Part shown: piece by piece, positions 50,453 through 60,299 of the stretch
Layout of the letters: the number at the start of each line of letters is the position of its first letter
How positions within the stretch are numbered: the stretch's first letter is position 1
Assembly (NCBI GenBank): GCA_002498125.1
Contig: DAGG01000030.1
Span: forward strand, 3 to 64,002
Direction of reading: 5' to 3'
Source of the DNA: Candidatus Woesearchaeota archaeon UBA525
Lineage (GTDB): Archaea; Nanobdellota; Nanobdellia; Woesearchaeales; UBA525
DNA: 64,000 nucleotides
Notes under the pieces: model-generated
Databases searched by the model: none
Seen by the model: only the letters and a program-made list of their open reading frames with translations
Told to the model about the DNA's origin: nothing
Position numbers and translations under genes: made by a program

Positions 50453-52852
50453 CTACTCGACCTTCACGTCGAACCCACCCTTCTGGTGCGTGAAGCCCTG
50501 CGCCTTGGTCGTGCTCAGGAGGTCGTTCTCCGCTAGCGTCAGGTCAACATCTGTCGTGACCGACAGTTTGACGAGCGGCGCGTTCATCGCGAGCTTGTTC
50601 GCGGTCTTGTGCCTGCGAACAGTCTCGATGACCTTCACGACCTCAGCGCCGACAATCTCCGCCTGCTGGTCAGACCAATCCTCGCGGAACTGGGACAGCA
50701 ACGCGAGATGCACGCTGCTCTTACCGTCAATCTTCGCGAAGCGGAGCTGGTAGATCTCCTCAGTGACGAACGGCATGAATGGAGCGAACATCTTAACCAT
50801 GGCCGATAGGACGTGCTGGAGCGCGAACTGCGCGCTGCGCTTTTGCATCTCGTCCTTCGGCTCGTAGATACGTCCCTTGGATATCTCGAGGTAGTTGTCG
50901 CAGAAATCGCTCCAGAAGAACTGTTCAAGGACCATCTTCGCCCGAGCATGCTCGTAGGCGGCGAACGCGTCGTGGTACTCCTTTGAAACACGGTTCATCC
51001 TGCTGAGAATCCAACGATCCATTATCTCGAGCTCATCGAAACGGCCAGTCCATTCATCGTGGTAGTCAGAGAGGTTGAGGAGCGCGAAACGGCTCGCGTT
51101 CCAGAGCTTCGTCATGGTGCGATTGCCCTCTTTGAGCTCGTTCTCGTTGAACGGGACGTCCTCGCCGAGTTTCGTGCCGGCGGCCCAGTAACGGACCACG
51201 TCTGCGCAGTACTTATCTATGATGGCGCGCGGGTCGATGACATTGCCCTTGCTCTTGCTCATCTTCTCGCCCTTGGGATCGGTGACATAGCCTGAGATTA
51301 CGATGTTCTTCCACGGGACCACGCCGTTGTTGAGGTGCGCCTTGACTATTGTATAGAACGCCCAGGTCCTGATGATGTCCTGCGCCTGCGGGCGCATGCT
51401 GGTCGGCATGAGCCGCTGCGCCTTTGCGGAGTCCTCATTCCAGCCCAGGATTATCTGCGGCGTGACGCTGCTCGTCGCCCATGTGTCCATCACATCAGTC
51501 TCGGGCGTGAGCTCAAGGTTGGCAGGAGCGGATTTCGGTCTGTCAGTGAACGGGTCGACGGGCAGCTGGTCTTCATCCGCCACGTACACTTGACCGTCTT
51601 TGCCGTACCATACAGGGAACGGTACGCCGAAGTGGCGCTGGCGGCTGATGCACCAGTCCCAGTTCAGGTTTTCCACCCAGTGCTTGTAGCGCACCTGCAT
51701 GAATTCGGGGTGCCATTCGATCTCTTCGCCGCGCTTGACGAGCGTGTCCTTAATGTCGAGTACCTTGACGTACCACTGCCAGGTCTTGAGGAATTCGATG
51801 CCTGTGCCGCAGCGTTCGTGGACGTTCACTGCGTGCGTTATCTGTTTCTGCCCGAGCAGCCTGCCTTCAGCCTGGAGATCATCTAAGATCTGCTTACGCG
51901 CGTCCTTCATGCTGAGACCTGCGTATTTACCTGCGAGTTCGTTCAGCTTGCCGTATGGCGTGAATATGACGCGCGTGTCCAGCTTGTGGCGGAACCACTT
52001 ATCCACGTCGTCCTTGTCGCCGAACGTGCAGACCATCATGAGACCTGTGCCTTTCTCCAGCTCGACCTTATCGTCGAGGATAAGCGGCACCTCATAATTG
52101 AGGAGCGGGACCATGACTTTCTTGCCATGGTATTTCGCGTAACGCTTGTCCTCTGGGTGCGCCGCCAGAGCGACACATGCCGGGATGAGCTCAGGGCGCG
52201 TGGTCGCTATGGTGACGTGCTCGTCGCCGATGCTGAAATTGATGTCGTTGAAGCTGCTCTGCTGGTCGACGTTGTCGAATTCTGCCTGCGCTATCGCGGT
52301 CTGGCACTGCACGCACCACGCGACAGGGCTCTCGAGGCGGTAGACCCTGTCCTTGCGGAAGAGGTCGATGAAGCTGCGCTGGCTTGTCGCTTGGCAGCGG
52401 GGATCGATGGTCGAGTAGGTGGTGTTGAAGTCGCAGCTCATGCCGAGGCGCTTCCAGTCGCTGATGAAGTCAGGTTTGATCTCCTGGATAGTGTCGAAGC
52501 AGAGTTTGCGGAACTCTGCACGGTCCATCCGCGTGGACTTCACGCCCTTGAGCTTCTCCACGAGGCGTTCTGTCGGCAGGCCGTTATCATCCGTTCCGAA
52601 CGGGAAGAAGACCATGCCGCCGGTCCGCATGCGGTTGTAGCGCGCGTAGAAATCCTGCTGCGCGTAGCTGTAGGCGTGGCCGATGTGCATCTTGCCGCTG
52701 ACCGTGGGCGGCGGCGTGTCTATGGTGAAGCTCTCCTCACTCGGCTCGTGCACATACGTGCCGTCCTGCTCCCAACGTTGCTGCCACTTAGGCTCGCTCG
52801 CTTTCGAGTCGTACCTCGCCGGGAGGTCTGCTTCTGCCACAGGGTTGGTCAT
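50453..52852 (-). CDS. valS: Valine--tRNA ligase (compact, 799 aa)
   Basis: TPPPTVSGKMHIGHAYSY (HIGH), WCISRQRHFGVPFPVWY, DTWATSS, KMSKSKGN. Confidence 0.85.
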   Translation of the reverse strand: MTNPVAEADLPARYDSKASEPKWQQRWEQDGTYVHEPSEESFTIDTPPPTVSGKMHIGHAYSYAQQDFYARYNRMRTGGMVFFPFGTDDNGLPTERLVEKLKGVKSTRMDRAEFRKLCFDTIQEIKPDFISDWKRLGMSCDFNTTYSTIDPRCQATSQRSFIDLFRKDRVYRLESPVAWCVQCQTAIAQAEFDNVDQQSSFNDINFSIGDEHVTIATTRPELIPACVALAAHPEDKRYAKYHGKKVMVPLLNYEVPLILDDKVELEKGTGLMMVCTFGDKDDVDKWFRHKLDTRVIFTPYGKLNELAGKYAGLSMKDARKQILDDLQAEGRLLGQKQITHAVNVHERCGTGIEFLKTWQWYVKVLDIKDTLVKRGEEIEWHPEFMQVRYKHWVENLNWDWCISRQRHFGVPFPVWYGKDGQVYVADEDQLPVDPFTDRPKSAPANLELTPETDVMDTWATSSVTPQIILGWNEDSAKAQRLMPTSMRPQAQDIIRTWAFYTIVKAHLNNGVVPWKNIVISGYVTDPKGEKMSKSKGNVIDPRAIIDKYCADVVRYWAAGTKLGEDVPFNENELKEGNRTMTKLWNASRFALLNLSDYHDEWTGRFDELEIMDRWILSRMNRVSKEYHDAFAAYEHARAKMVLEQFFWSDFCDNYLEISKGRIYEPKDEMQKRSAQFALQHVLSAMVKMFAPFMPFVTEEIYQLRFAKIDGKSSVHLALLSQFREDWSDQQAEIVGAEVVKVIETVRRHKTANKLAMNAPLVKLSVTTDVDLTLAENDLLSTTKAQGFTHQKGGFDVKVE

Positions 52853-52876
52853 ATGGCATACGGGCTACAGGGACGC

Positions 52877-52890
52877 TTTTAAAGGTTTTG
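52877..52890 (-). promoter_or_regulatory. BRE/TATA promoter of valS
   Basis: Minus-strand AAAACCTTTAAAAG lies 25 nt upstream of ATG 52852. Confidence 0.45.
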
Positions 52891-53100
52891 TGGCGGCGCC
52901 TTCACGGCGCTTCCTACGACCCATTCTCGCTGCGGGCAAGACGTTCTCATCCTTCGAACACTGTTTCGGTGCTCACCTCGTTTCTTCGCTACCGCTCGAA
53001 ACACGGAGGAAAGCATCACTTTCCTCGTGCTGGGATTCTCCGAATCCACGGCATTCGCACCTCAGAACTATTCCAAGGCAGCCATTCTGGCAATAGAGAA
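52891..53100. ncRNA. GC-rich hairpin-dense intergenic segment (possible ncRNA, strand unknown)
   Basis: The 327-nt gap has no credible ORF. Hairpins: GGCGCC-TTCAC-GGCGC (about 52894-52910), GAGGAAAG-CATCA-CTTTCCTC (53006-53026, extendable by CAC/GTG), GGATTC-TCC-GAATCC (53033-53047). Confidence 0.2.
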
Positions 53101-53122
53101 TGTAAAATAGGATAAGTCACAG

Positions 53123-53175
53123 AAAACGGAAAAATTAGAGAACAAATAGAAGATGTAAGAGAATAAGTTAGAAAA
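53123..53175 (-). terminator. T-rich terminator region after the ACT-domain gene
   Basis: The minus strand reads TTATTTTCT...AATTTTTCCGTTTTCTG directly after the stop at 53180. Confidence 0.3.
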
Positions 53176-53179
53176 TAAC

Positions 53180-53827
53180 TTACTTCGCGCTAATTCTAAG
53201 CAATGCCTCATGCGCCCGCAGCAGGTCCTTCTCGTCCATGAAGATGGAGATAGTCGGGTAGACGCTAAAGATGAGCACGATGTTGATACCCTGCGTCGCG
53301 AGCTCATTCGATATGCGTGAGAGCACTCCCTTGGTGTCCCAGCCCTTCTGCGTAAGCGTGATGCTAAGCTCGACAAGTCCTTTCTGGATCTCCTCCACAG
53401 CAGACTCCGGGAAGAAGCTCTTCGCCTTGGCCTGGCTGTCACGGTCGACGACTATCTGCACCTCGTGGCGCGTCTTGATGAGGCGGAACACGTCGTTCTT
53501 GAGGAAGTCCTCATGCGCCATGAGCTGGCCGATGTACTTGTACGTGTTGCTCGTGTTGCGGAGCGTGATGAGGCTGATGTTCGTCTTCGTGCTGATGACT
53601 GCCTCCTGCAGACCCTTCGTGATCCTGGCATAGTCGTCCTGGATGGTCTCGTCGGCCTTGTAACGACGGATAGCGCTGATGACAGAATCGAGACTACCCT
53701 TGATCTGGTAGGTATCGAGGATGTACTGGCTAAGCGCCGAGACATTGATGATGCCGCGCTCAAGGTCCTTCTTAATGGTGATGTCGTTATCCAGAATCTC
53801 CCAAACCTGCTTCGTGATACTGGTCAT
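53180..53827 (-). CDS. ACT-domain protein with an N-terminal HTH-like domain (putative amino-acid-responsive regulator)
   Basis: C-terminal ACT pattern LVELSITLTQKGWDTKGVLSRISNELATQGINIVLIFSVYPTISIFMDEKDLLRAHEAL. ATTATAAAGGG about 25 nt upstream. Confidence 0.55.
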   Translation of the reverse strand: MTSITKQVWEILDNDITIKKDLERGIINVSALSQYILDTYQIKGSLDSVISAIRRYKADETIQDDYARITKGLQEAVISTKTNISLITLRNTSNTYKYIGQLMAHEDFLKNDVFRLIKTRHEVQIVVDRDSQAKAKSFFPESAVEEIQKGLVELSITLTQKGWDTKGVLSRISNELATQGINIVLIFSVYPTISIFMDEKDLLRAHEALLRISAK

Positions 53828-53968
53828 AGGTTAAAAGGAGTTGACAACCCTTTATAATCCTTATGCTACAACGGTCAGGCCTCGTCGGAGAGAAAATGTT
53901 AAGCACATTCACTCCCTGGGAGGCGCCCCTCATCAACTTTAAAAAGAGCCGATACCAAGGAAGCGTCC

Positions 53969-54256
53969 ATGGGACTGTTCTCCTCCAATCCGAAGAGCGA
54001 CGCGAGCGTAGCGAAGAACGCAGCGCGCGAAGCAGCGAGCAACTACTACGCGATACATGCCGAGCTTTCCAAGATAGCGCAGGAGCTTGACACACTGGAA
54101 GGCCTCCTCACATCGAAGGACTCAGGCCACACGATGAGCAGCGTCAAGCGCATGATGAAAGCGCACAGGCACAACTCCGCCAAAATCGCCTACAGCCTGG
54201 GAACCGTCAGGAAGCAGCTCAAGCAGGCAGCAGAGACACTAAAGGCAAGGCGCTGA
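53969..54256 (+). CDS. Hypothetical helical protein (95 aa)
   Basis: CTTTAAAAAG about 27 nt upstream of the ATG. Confidence 0.45.
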   Translation: MGLFSSNPKSDASVAKNAAREAASNYYAIHAELSKIAQELDTLEGLLTSKDSGHTMSSVKRMMKAHRHNSAKIAYSLGTVRKQLKQAAETLKARR

Positions 54257-54294
54257 GCGGAGAATTTTATAAACCGCCCGCGATTCCCCTGAGC

Positions 54295-54546
54295 ATGAAT
54301 GTCGTCAACCTGGCAGAGTACCGTCGAGCACGGGAACTCAAGCGATTGAACCGTCTTTACGAAATCGTCACGCTCGAGCTAGCGCTCGGAAACGAAGCAA
54401 TTCTCGGAACAGACTTCCTGGCTTCCGGCAGGGAGTACGCTGCGCACACATACAGACGCGCCGAAGAGATGTACCTGCAACTGGGAGAACCGGATTGCGA
54501 AGCGCGGGAAGAATGTCAACGACTCGCGCAGGGAACGCTCTACTAA
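54295..54546 (+). CDS. Hypothetical protein (83 aa)
   Basis: ATTTTATAAACC about 25 nt upstream of the ATG. Confidence 0.4.
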   Translation: MNVVNLAEYRRARELKRLNRLYEIVTLELALGNEAILGTDFLASGREYAAHTYRRAEEMYLQLGEPDCEAREECQRLAQGTLY

Positions 54547-54827
54547 CGCACACCGGCCCGCTTGTTCACGACCTGCAACTGCTCTACTGCTTTGATCGTC
54601 GCATTCACCTGGTTGATGCGCAGAGATATCCTCTCAAGCTCCTTATTATCGTACTCCGCCGCACGTTCCTCGTTGATGATGAAGTAGAGCTTGTTAAGGC
54701 CCTTGAGCACTCCATCGAGTTCCTTCTGCGATATCTCGATGACTGGGTCATGCTTGTTCCACGCGAGCACCTTACTGATAATCTCGCGTTGTGTCTTGTC
54801 AATCGTGTCGTGATGGAACCAGCTCAT
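54543..54827 (-). CDS. Hypothetical protein (94 aa)
   Basis: The minus-strand TATA (CTTAAATATCC, 54850-54860) overlaps the track start at 54860. The ATG at 54827 lies 25-30 nt downstream of it. Confidence 0.4.
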   Translation of the reverse strand: MSWFHHDTIDKTQREIISKVLAWNKHDPVIEISQKELDGVLKGLNKLYFIINEERAAEYDNKELERISLRINQVNATIKAVEQLQVVNKRAGVR

Positions 54828-54904
54828 GCAGATAACCCTGTGCAACGGATATTTAAGCATTATCCAAACGTACGCTTAATAAAGGAAACGCGCCACCTCA
54901 TAGC

Positions 54905-56110
54905 ATGAGGTTCACACACACTGCCGACTGCCACGTCGGCGGACATCGCGACCCGAGGCTACGCCAGCTCACTGAAGCCGCCTTCGAACGTTTCATCAGC
55001 GAGAGCATCGCCGAGCATGTTGACTTCATCATCATCGCGGGCGACCTTTTCAACACCGCCATCCCAGGGATAGACACGCTGAAGTTCACAGTGACGCAGC
55101 TTGGCCGGGCGAAAGAGAAGGGCATCCCGATTTACGCCATTCCGGGCAGCCACGACTACAGCCCGAGCGGTAAGACCATGCTCGACGTGCTGGAGGAGGC
55201 AGGTCTCCTGCGCAACGTCTGCCGCGGCGTCATAACCGATGACGGCAAGCTCAGGCTCGGATTTACAGTGGACCAAAAGACCGACGCGAAGCTGACCGGC
55301 GTGATCGGCAAGCGCGGCATGCTCGACCGCCACATCTACGACGATCTCGATCATAGCATAGCCGACGAGCCTGGCGAGAAGGTATTCCTCTTCCACACAG
55401 CACTCACAGAGCTCAAGCCCAAGCATCTGCAGGAGATGGAGTCATACCCGATAAGCTTCCTGCCCAAGGGCTTCACGTACTACGCTGGCGGTCACGTGCA
55501 CATCGTGGAGCGCTACGCAGAGAAAGGCTATGACAACGTCATCTATCCAGGGCCGCTCTTCCCGAACAGCTTCAGCGAACTGGAGAAGCTCCAGCACGGC
55601 GGCTACTTCCTCTACGACGACGGTAAAGTGGTCCGCAAAGAGCTGCCGCTACGCGAAGTCATCGCTGTCCGCTTTGATGCTGAGGGTATGGATGCGCAGG
55701 ACGCGAATAGAGCCCTGCATGAGCAAGCAGAAGCTATCAAGGCCAAGGGCGCCATCGTCCTCCTGCGGCTTGAAGGTACGCTCTCAAGCGGCAGCCCGAA
55801 TGACATCGACCTGCGCGATATCGTGCACATCATCGAACGCAATGGTGCACACATCGTGCTGCGTAACACTTCTCGCCTCACGAGTCCCGAGTTCATGGCG
55901 TTGCAGCTGAAAGTCGAGGAGCCGCACCAGATAGAAGAGCAGCTGCTGACAGACCACGCAGACCAGCTCAGCTTGCCCGACGCAGACGGTCCGCGCCTCG
56001 CGCGCGATCTCCTCAAGCTCCTCAGCCGCGAGCAGCACGAAGGCGAGAAAGTCTACGAGTACCAGGAGCGTCTCGTGAATGAAGCACTGGACCTGCTAGA
56101 CAGGAAATGA
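54905..56110 (+). CDS. mre11: Mre11/SbcD-family DNA repair nuclease
   Basis: Phosphoesterase motifs HTADCHVG, IIAGDLFN, GSHD, LFHTAL, GGHVH. GCTTAATAAAGG about 25 nt upstream. Confidence 0.8.
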   Translation: MRFTHTADCHVGGHRDPRLRQLTEAAFERFISESIAEHVDFIIIAGDLFNTAIPGIDTLKFTVTQLGRAKEKGIPIYAIPGSHDYSPSGKTMLDVLEEAGLLRNVCRGVITDDGKLRLGFTVDQKTDAKLTGVIGKRGMLDRHIYDDLDHSIADEPGEKVFLFHTALTELKPKHLQEMESYPISFLPKGFTYYAGGHVHIVERYAEKGYDNVIYPGPLFPNSFSELEKLQHGGYFLYDDGKVVRKELPLREVIAVRFDAEGMDAQDANRALHEQAEAIKAKGAIVLLRLEGTLSSGSPNDIDLRDIVHIIERNGAHIVLRNTSRLTSPEFMALQLKVEEPHQIEEQLLTDHADQLSLPDADGPRLARDLLKLLSREQHEGEKVYEYQERLVNEALDLLDRK

Positions 56111-56686
56111 TTACTGGTGCGTTTTCCTGACTATGGCCTGGCGCAGGAATAGCGCATTGGGGATGAAGAAGATATCGCCGTTCTTGCGCTTGAGCCGCAC
56201 ATCAGTGAGCGTCAAGTCGAGTACTCTGCCCTGGATGACGCCCGTTGAGTGCATGACCACAATCTCATCACCCACACGGATGCCTTTTCGCGTGAGCGCG
56301 CCGCGCGCGAGGAAATTCGGCACGACCTCTATGCCTGCAAGGACCCATGAGACGAGCACTACAAACACGATGAGTAAGAGGAGCAGCGTGAAGACCTCGG
56401 AGAGGACTGAGAGCGTACCGAGCGCGATAATTACTGTCACGACGTAGATAATCCTCACAATAGATCTCCTGATGGCGCGTGCGTAGTTCCGGCGAGCGCC
56501 GAACACCTTAGTGAGCCGCTCATCGAGCTCGATGCGCGAGAAGAGTCTGCGAAGCATGCCTTCAAGTATCTTGCCGATGACAAGGCCGAAGAGGATGATT
56601 ACGAGCGCAATGGTCACCTTGTTCAGGTAGAACGACATATCCTGGAAGAGCGACTCAGCGTCGAGGAGCAAATCGGCAATCGCCAT
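56111..56686 (-). CDS. Small MscS-family mechanosensitive channel
   Basis: Three TM helices followed by the beta domain IRVGDEIVVMHSTGVIQGRVLDLTLTDVRLKRKNGDIFFIPNALF. The ATG at 56686 avoids overlap with the debranching-enzyme gene. Confidence 0.65.
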   Translation of the reverse strand: MAIADLLLDAESLFQDMSFYLNKVTIALVIILFGLVIGKILEGMLRRLFSRIELDERLTKVFGARRNYARAIRRSIVRIIYVVTVIIALGTLSVLSEVFTLLLLLIVFVVLVSWVLAGIEVVPNFLARGALTRKGIRVGDEIVVMHSTGVIQGRVLDLTLTDVRLKRKNGDIFFIPNALFLRQAIVRKTHQ

Positions 56687-56721
56687 GGCATCAACGCATG
56701 CGAGACAGGTTAAAAAGCTTG

Positions 56722-58548
56722 CTATGCCCCGACGGGAGAGATGGCCTGATCCATAGTCTTCTCCACCTCTATGCGCAGGAGCGCCTCGAGCAGCGTGCTC
56801 GCGCTCCAAGCCTGCGAATGGCATCCGTCAGCCTCCTGCTGCCGCGCAGCCGATACCTCGCTCACGTGGCCGCAGAATCCCATACCAAGCAGGTCACGCA
56901 TACTGGCGCCGACAATGGCGCGCGTCTTTTCACCGTAGCGCACGGGATCTATCGCGTGCATCGCCATCGCGGCGATGTTGTTGATGAAATACCACGAATC
57001 GCCGCGATGGTAGCTTGCGACATCTTCACCCGAGTAATCAGCGTGGAAGTTGTGGTCTGATGCGCCGATGCTCGAGAGGCCACCCCAGGAAAGCCAGAGC
57101 GATGGCAACGCCGTGGCGAAGAAGCGAGACCACATATCATCAGTGAAGAGCTTCGGAGCGACGTACCATGCTAGGAACAGGTTCGGACGCACACGGCGGT
57201 CAGGTGTGCCGTCGGAGAATAAGCCGTCGAGGAGCGTATCACCTTCGACAAGGCGTTCGTGCACAGCGCGGAGCATAGCCTGTGCGGCATCACTGCGCTC
57301 CTTCGCGACAGGCGTGCGTGTGAGAGCGCAGAGGTGCGCGTGAGCGTCATAGAGCGCGAGGTGCAACGCCTGTATCTCGATGCGCGCGCCCGCCCTGCCA
57401 TCATCATTGCTGCGCGTGTCCATCCATGTGGTGCACGACTCGCTCCAGATAAGCCCGTCGCGCATGCGCGATCGCGCCTGGTCGAGCAGCATGCCGGTCT
57501 TGTCCCGCCATGCAGCGATGCGCTGTGCAGGGAGCTGATGCAGGATGCCCTCATCGCTGAGACGCACGAGCAGGTCGCGCGTGCGTTTACCTAGCCAACC
57601 CGGAGCGTCGCTGCTCGTCAGCCCCTGATCAGGGTATATTGCTGGCAGCGTACCGTCAGCGCGAACAGCACCGTACCATTTGTCAAGTATTGCGATGGTC
57701 TTGCTGTAGCTCTTGGCGGCGAGCAGACCGCCAAGTGATGTGAGCTCGTCACGGCTCCATTCCTGGAAGAACCACGGTAGTCCTGCGAGAATCCCAGTAT
57801 CGGTCTCAAGCGAGTGCAGCGAGCGCCATGCAAGGAGCGGCAACGCTGGGAGCGCAGGGTCATCGGCCGGAGGGATCTTCGCATCGAGCAGCCATGCCGC
57901 CTTGCGGCGCGCGTCATCGGCTGATGCGCCTAACGCCACGGAGACTGCCCCTTCACCTTCGATCGAGAGGAGATCGAACACCCACGGTGTGCTGTGCGTG
58001 CCTCGACGGACATCGTACCCGTAGCTGACCTCGCGCCATCGTTGCAGCAGCTGTGCGCGCATCGTCGTCGCGACAGCGACGTGCAGAACATACTCAATAG
58101 ACGATAGAGATGCATCGTGGTACTTCGTATAACTGATAGAGAACAGATGCCTACCGTCGACTTCTGAGTGTTCGACGGAGTACATCCTTCCCTGCTCCGA
58201 TTCATCGTAGAACCGCTTGCAGTCAAGTGTGACCACGGACGCGCCGCTTGCACGCATCAGCATCCCGTCATGCAGTAGCGAGAACTCCTGCCTGCCTTGT
58301 GCAGTCTCGCGCACTGCGGACCTACCATCGAGCACGAGCCCTGAGACCTTGTCTTGCGGCGCGATGTCCCAAAGGATCTTCGCATACGTCCCGAGTGCAT
58401 CGACATGACGGCAGTAACCGAAATAATTAGATGCGTTAGGCGAACTGAGCGCAAGGTATCCGCGATTCCCATCAGTGATGAGGAATGCAGAATCAGCAGA
58501 CTGCGCATTGATCTCCCCTCCGTTGCAGCGGTGAGTGACCCGTGTCAT
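56722..58548 (-). CDS. Glycogen debranching enzyme (amylo-alpha-1,6-glucosidase, GDE_C type)
   Basis: GLPWFFQEWSRDELTSLGGLL, PNLFLAWYV and SEVSAARQQEADGCHSQAWSASTLLEALL are typical of the archaeal/bacterial GDE family. Confidence 0.85.
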   Translation of the reverse strand: MTRVTHRCNGGEINAQSADSAFLITDGNRGYLALSSPNASNYFGYCRHVDALGTYAKILWDIAPQDKVSGLVLDGRSAVRETAQGRQEFSLLHDGMLMRASGASVVTLDCKRFYDESEQGRMYSVEHSEVDGRHLFSISYTKYHDASLSSIEYVLHVAVATTMRAQLLQRWREVSYGYDVRRGTHSTPWVFDLLSIEGEGAVSVALGASADDARRKAAWLLDAKIPPADDPALPALPLLAWRSLHSLETDTGILAGLPWFFQEWSRDELTSLGGLLAAKSYSKTIAILDKWYGAVRADGTLPAIYPDQGLTSSDAPGWLGKRTRDLLVRLSDEGILHQLPAQRIAAWRDKTGMLLDQARSRMRDGLIWSESCTTWMDTRSNDDGRAGARIEIQALHLALYDAHAHLCALTRTPVAKERSDAAQAMLRAVHERLVEGDTLLDGLFSDGTPDRRVRPNLFLAWYVAPKLFTDDMWSRFFATALPSLWLSWGGLSSIGASDHNFHADYSGEDVASYHRGDSWYFINNIAAMAMHAIDPVRYGEKTRAIVGASMRDLLGMGFCGHVSEVSAARQQEADGCHSQAWSASTLLEALLRIEVEKTMDQAISPVGA

Positions 58549-60299
58549 TTCGCCCTCTCGAGGGCCATGTTGTGCGCAGTCAAGTAGTATTGCGCGAAGT
58601 TCTTCCAGTCGCAGAGGCTCGCGAGCGTTTTCGCGGAGTACCCGCGCTGCACACGCTCCGCGTGGTCGAATGACGTGAACTTATGCAGCTCATCGACCAG
58701 CGCACGCACAGTCTCATTGTACGGGACCCCCATGCGCTTGAGCACGTACACACCATTCTCCGACGGAAGGTTCCGGCCCTTGATGTACCGTCCAAAACCG
58801 GCAAGATCGGTCGTGATGGCAGGGACGCCGAGCACTGCGGATTCCAGCGGCGTGTACCCCCACGGCTCGTACAGGCTCGGGAAGATGCCGAGATGCGCGC
58901 CGACAGTGGCATCGTAGTACTGCAGATTGAGCACACCATCGGATCCATCAAGGTATCCGGGATAGATAATGACCTTGACGCGATCCTCCTCCTGGTTGTC
59001 CAGACCGACTGCCTTGCACCTCGCGATGATAGGGTCGCTTTCACCAGGGCCATCGTGCGTCACGAGAGGCGCGTCGCCGGGGCGGCGGAAATGCTTGATA
59101 TCCTCATGCAACTCCCTTATGAAACTGCTCGTGAAGAGATCATCCTCGCCAGGCTTGTGCCCGCTGAGGAAATCGAGGATGAGCTTCTGCTGGAGCGACT
59201 TGCTCTGCCACTCGATAGCGGACTTAATGTGCTCGTAGAAGTTCTTCCTCTCCAACACCTCATGGCGTACGCCTGCACGACCCATGATGACCCAGAAGAT
59301 CATCACCACAGTGACGTCGCTGCGCTCCTCCTTGAGACGGCGATTGAGTTCAGCGAGCGCATCGACTATCATATCGAGACCCTTGTTCTGGTACTCGTAA
59401 CGGCCTGACGTGAAGAAGAAGAGCGTCTTCTCCAGGTCGAAGACGTAGTGCGGGAAGAACATGTAAGCGGTGAACTCGCGCAGGAGCTCCTTGCTATGGT
59501 AATGGCGCAGGCTTGTCTCCTCGAATGTCGGAAACTTGTCGATGAAGAAGCCGTTGTAGAGCAGAACGTCTGGCTTTCGTCCGAGCAGCTTCTCCGCCTC
59601 AAGGCCTGTGATCTCACTCACCGTCGTGAAGACATGCGCAGTCTTCGCGCACGCGACCTCGGTGAGATGCTTGTCCTGCACCCCGAGCCTGTACGCCCAC
59701 TCGGCAGGATTGATGTTGCTGAGCATGTCATAGAGGGGATGGCCGTTGCCTGCTATGGTGCGGCCGAGCATCGTCGCGTGCGTAGTGAAGACCGTCCCCA
59801 CTTTCGCTCCGACGGCATTGAGGTGCAGGAGCGCGAAGCCACTTATCCATTCGTGGCATTGCGCGATGATGCGGTCATCATGCTCCTTCGCGTACTCCTC
59901 GATGACCATGCCTGCGGCTGTAGCGAAGCACATCGGCTCATCAAATTCCCATGCAGACTTGAGCGAGTCGATGCCATACCGCTCCCAGAGACCTGCCTTG
60001 ATTGCGTTGCGCTGTTCAAAGAGCGCGTGGAAATCCACGAGAATCGTCGTCGGTTCGCCAGGGACCATCCATGTGCCGTAACGGCATCTGACGCCACGGC
60101 CCTCGAGTGTCTTAAGGACGTTGCGCCACCGTTCGGGGACGGGGCGTTCGTCGAACTCCGGGCTCTGCTCGAATGCAGGGCCGATGAGCACGTACTCCGA
60201 GTAGTGTTCCTTGATGAAAGGCACTTTGCTGCGGACGACGGTGTAGATGCCGCCGACCTTGTTGCACACCTCCCAGGAGACCTCGAAGAGCGTTGCCAT
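58545..60299 (-). CDS. Glycogen synthase, eukaryote-like GT3 family
   Basis: N-terminal LFEVSWEVCNKVGGIYTVVRSK resembles the GT3 signature FE.AWEVANKVGGIYTV. Further matches at GIFPSLYEPWGYTPLE. Confidence 0.8.
   Translation of the reverse strand: MATLFEVSWEVCNKVGGIYTVVRSKVPFIKEHYSEYVLIGPAFEQSPEFDERPVPERWRNVLKTLEGRGVRCRYGTWMVPGEPTTILVDFHALFEQRNAIKAGLWERYGIDSLKSAWEFDEPMCFATAAGMVIEEYAKEHDDRIIAQCHEWISGFALLHLNAVGAKVGTVFTTHATMLGRTIAGNGHPLYDMLSNINPAEWAYRLGVQDKHLTEVACAKTAHVFTTVSEITGLEAEKLLGRKPDVLLYNGFFIDKFPTFEETSLRHYHSKELLREFTAYMFFPHYVFDLEKTLFFFTSGRYEYQNKGLDMIVDALAELNRRLKEERSDVTVVMIFWVIMGRAGVRHEVLERKNFYEHIKSAIEWQSKSLQQKLILDFLSGHKPGEDDLFTSSFIRELHEDIKHFRRPGDAPLVTHDGPGESDPIIARCKAVGLDNQEEDRVKVIIYPGYLDGSDGVLNLQYYDATVGAHLGIFPSLYEPWGYTPLESAVLGVPAITTDLAGFGRYIKGRNLPSENGVYVLKRMGVPYNETVRALVDELHKFTSFDHAERVQRGYSAKTLASLCDWKNFAQYYLTAHNMALERAK

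Noticed and set aside
53006-53026. GGAGGAAAG, which resembles the RNase P RNA CR-I motif (GAGGAAAGUCC).
   Set aside because: It pairs perfectly with CTTTCCTC 5 nt downstream as a simple local hairpin. No CR-IV/CR-V (ACAGAA...GGCUUA) counterpart is present, and the region is too short for a P4-containing fold.
54195-54225. GTCAGGAAGCAGC, which resembles the SRP RNA helix-8 motif.
   Set aside because: It lies inside a promoter-equipped 95-aa ORF and lacks the UCCGGAAGG tetraloop hairpin. I judge it a chance partial match.
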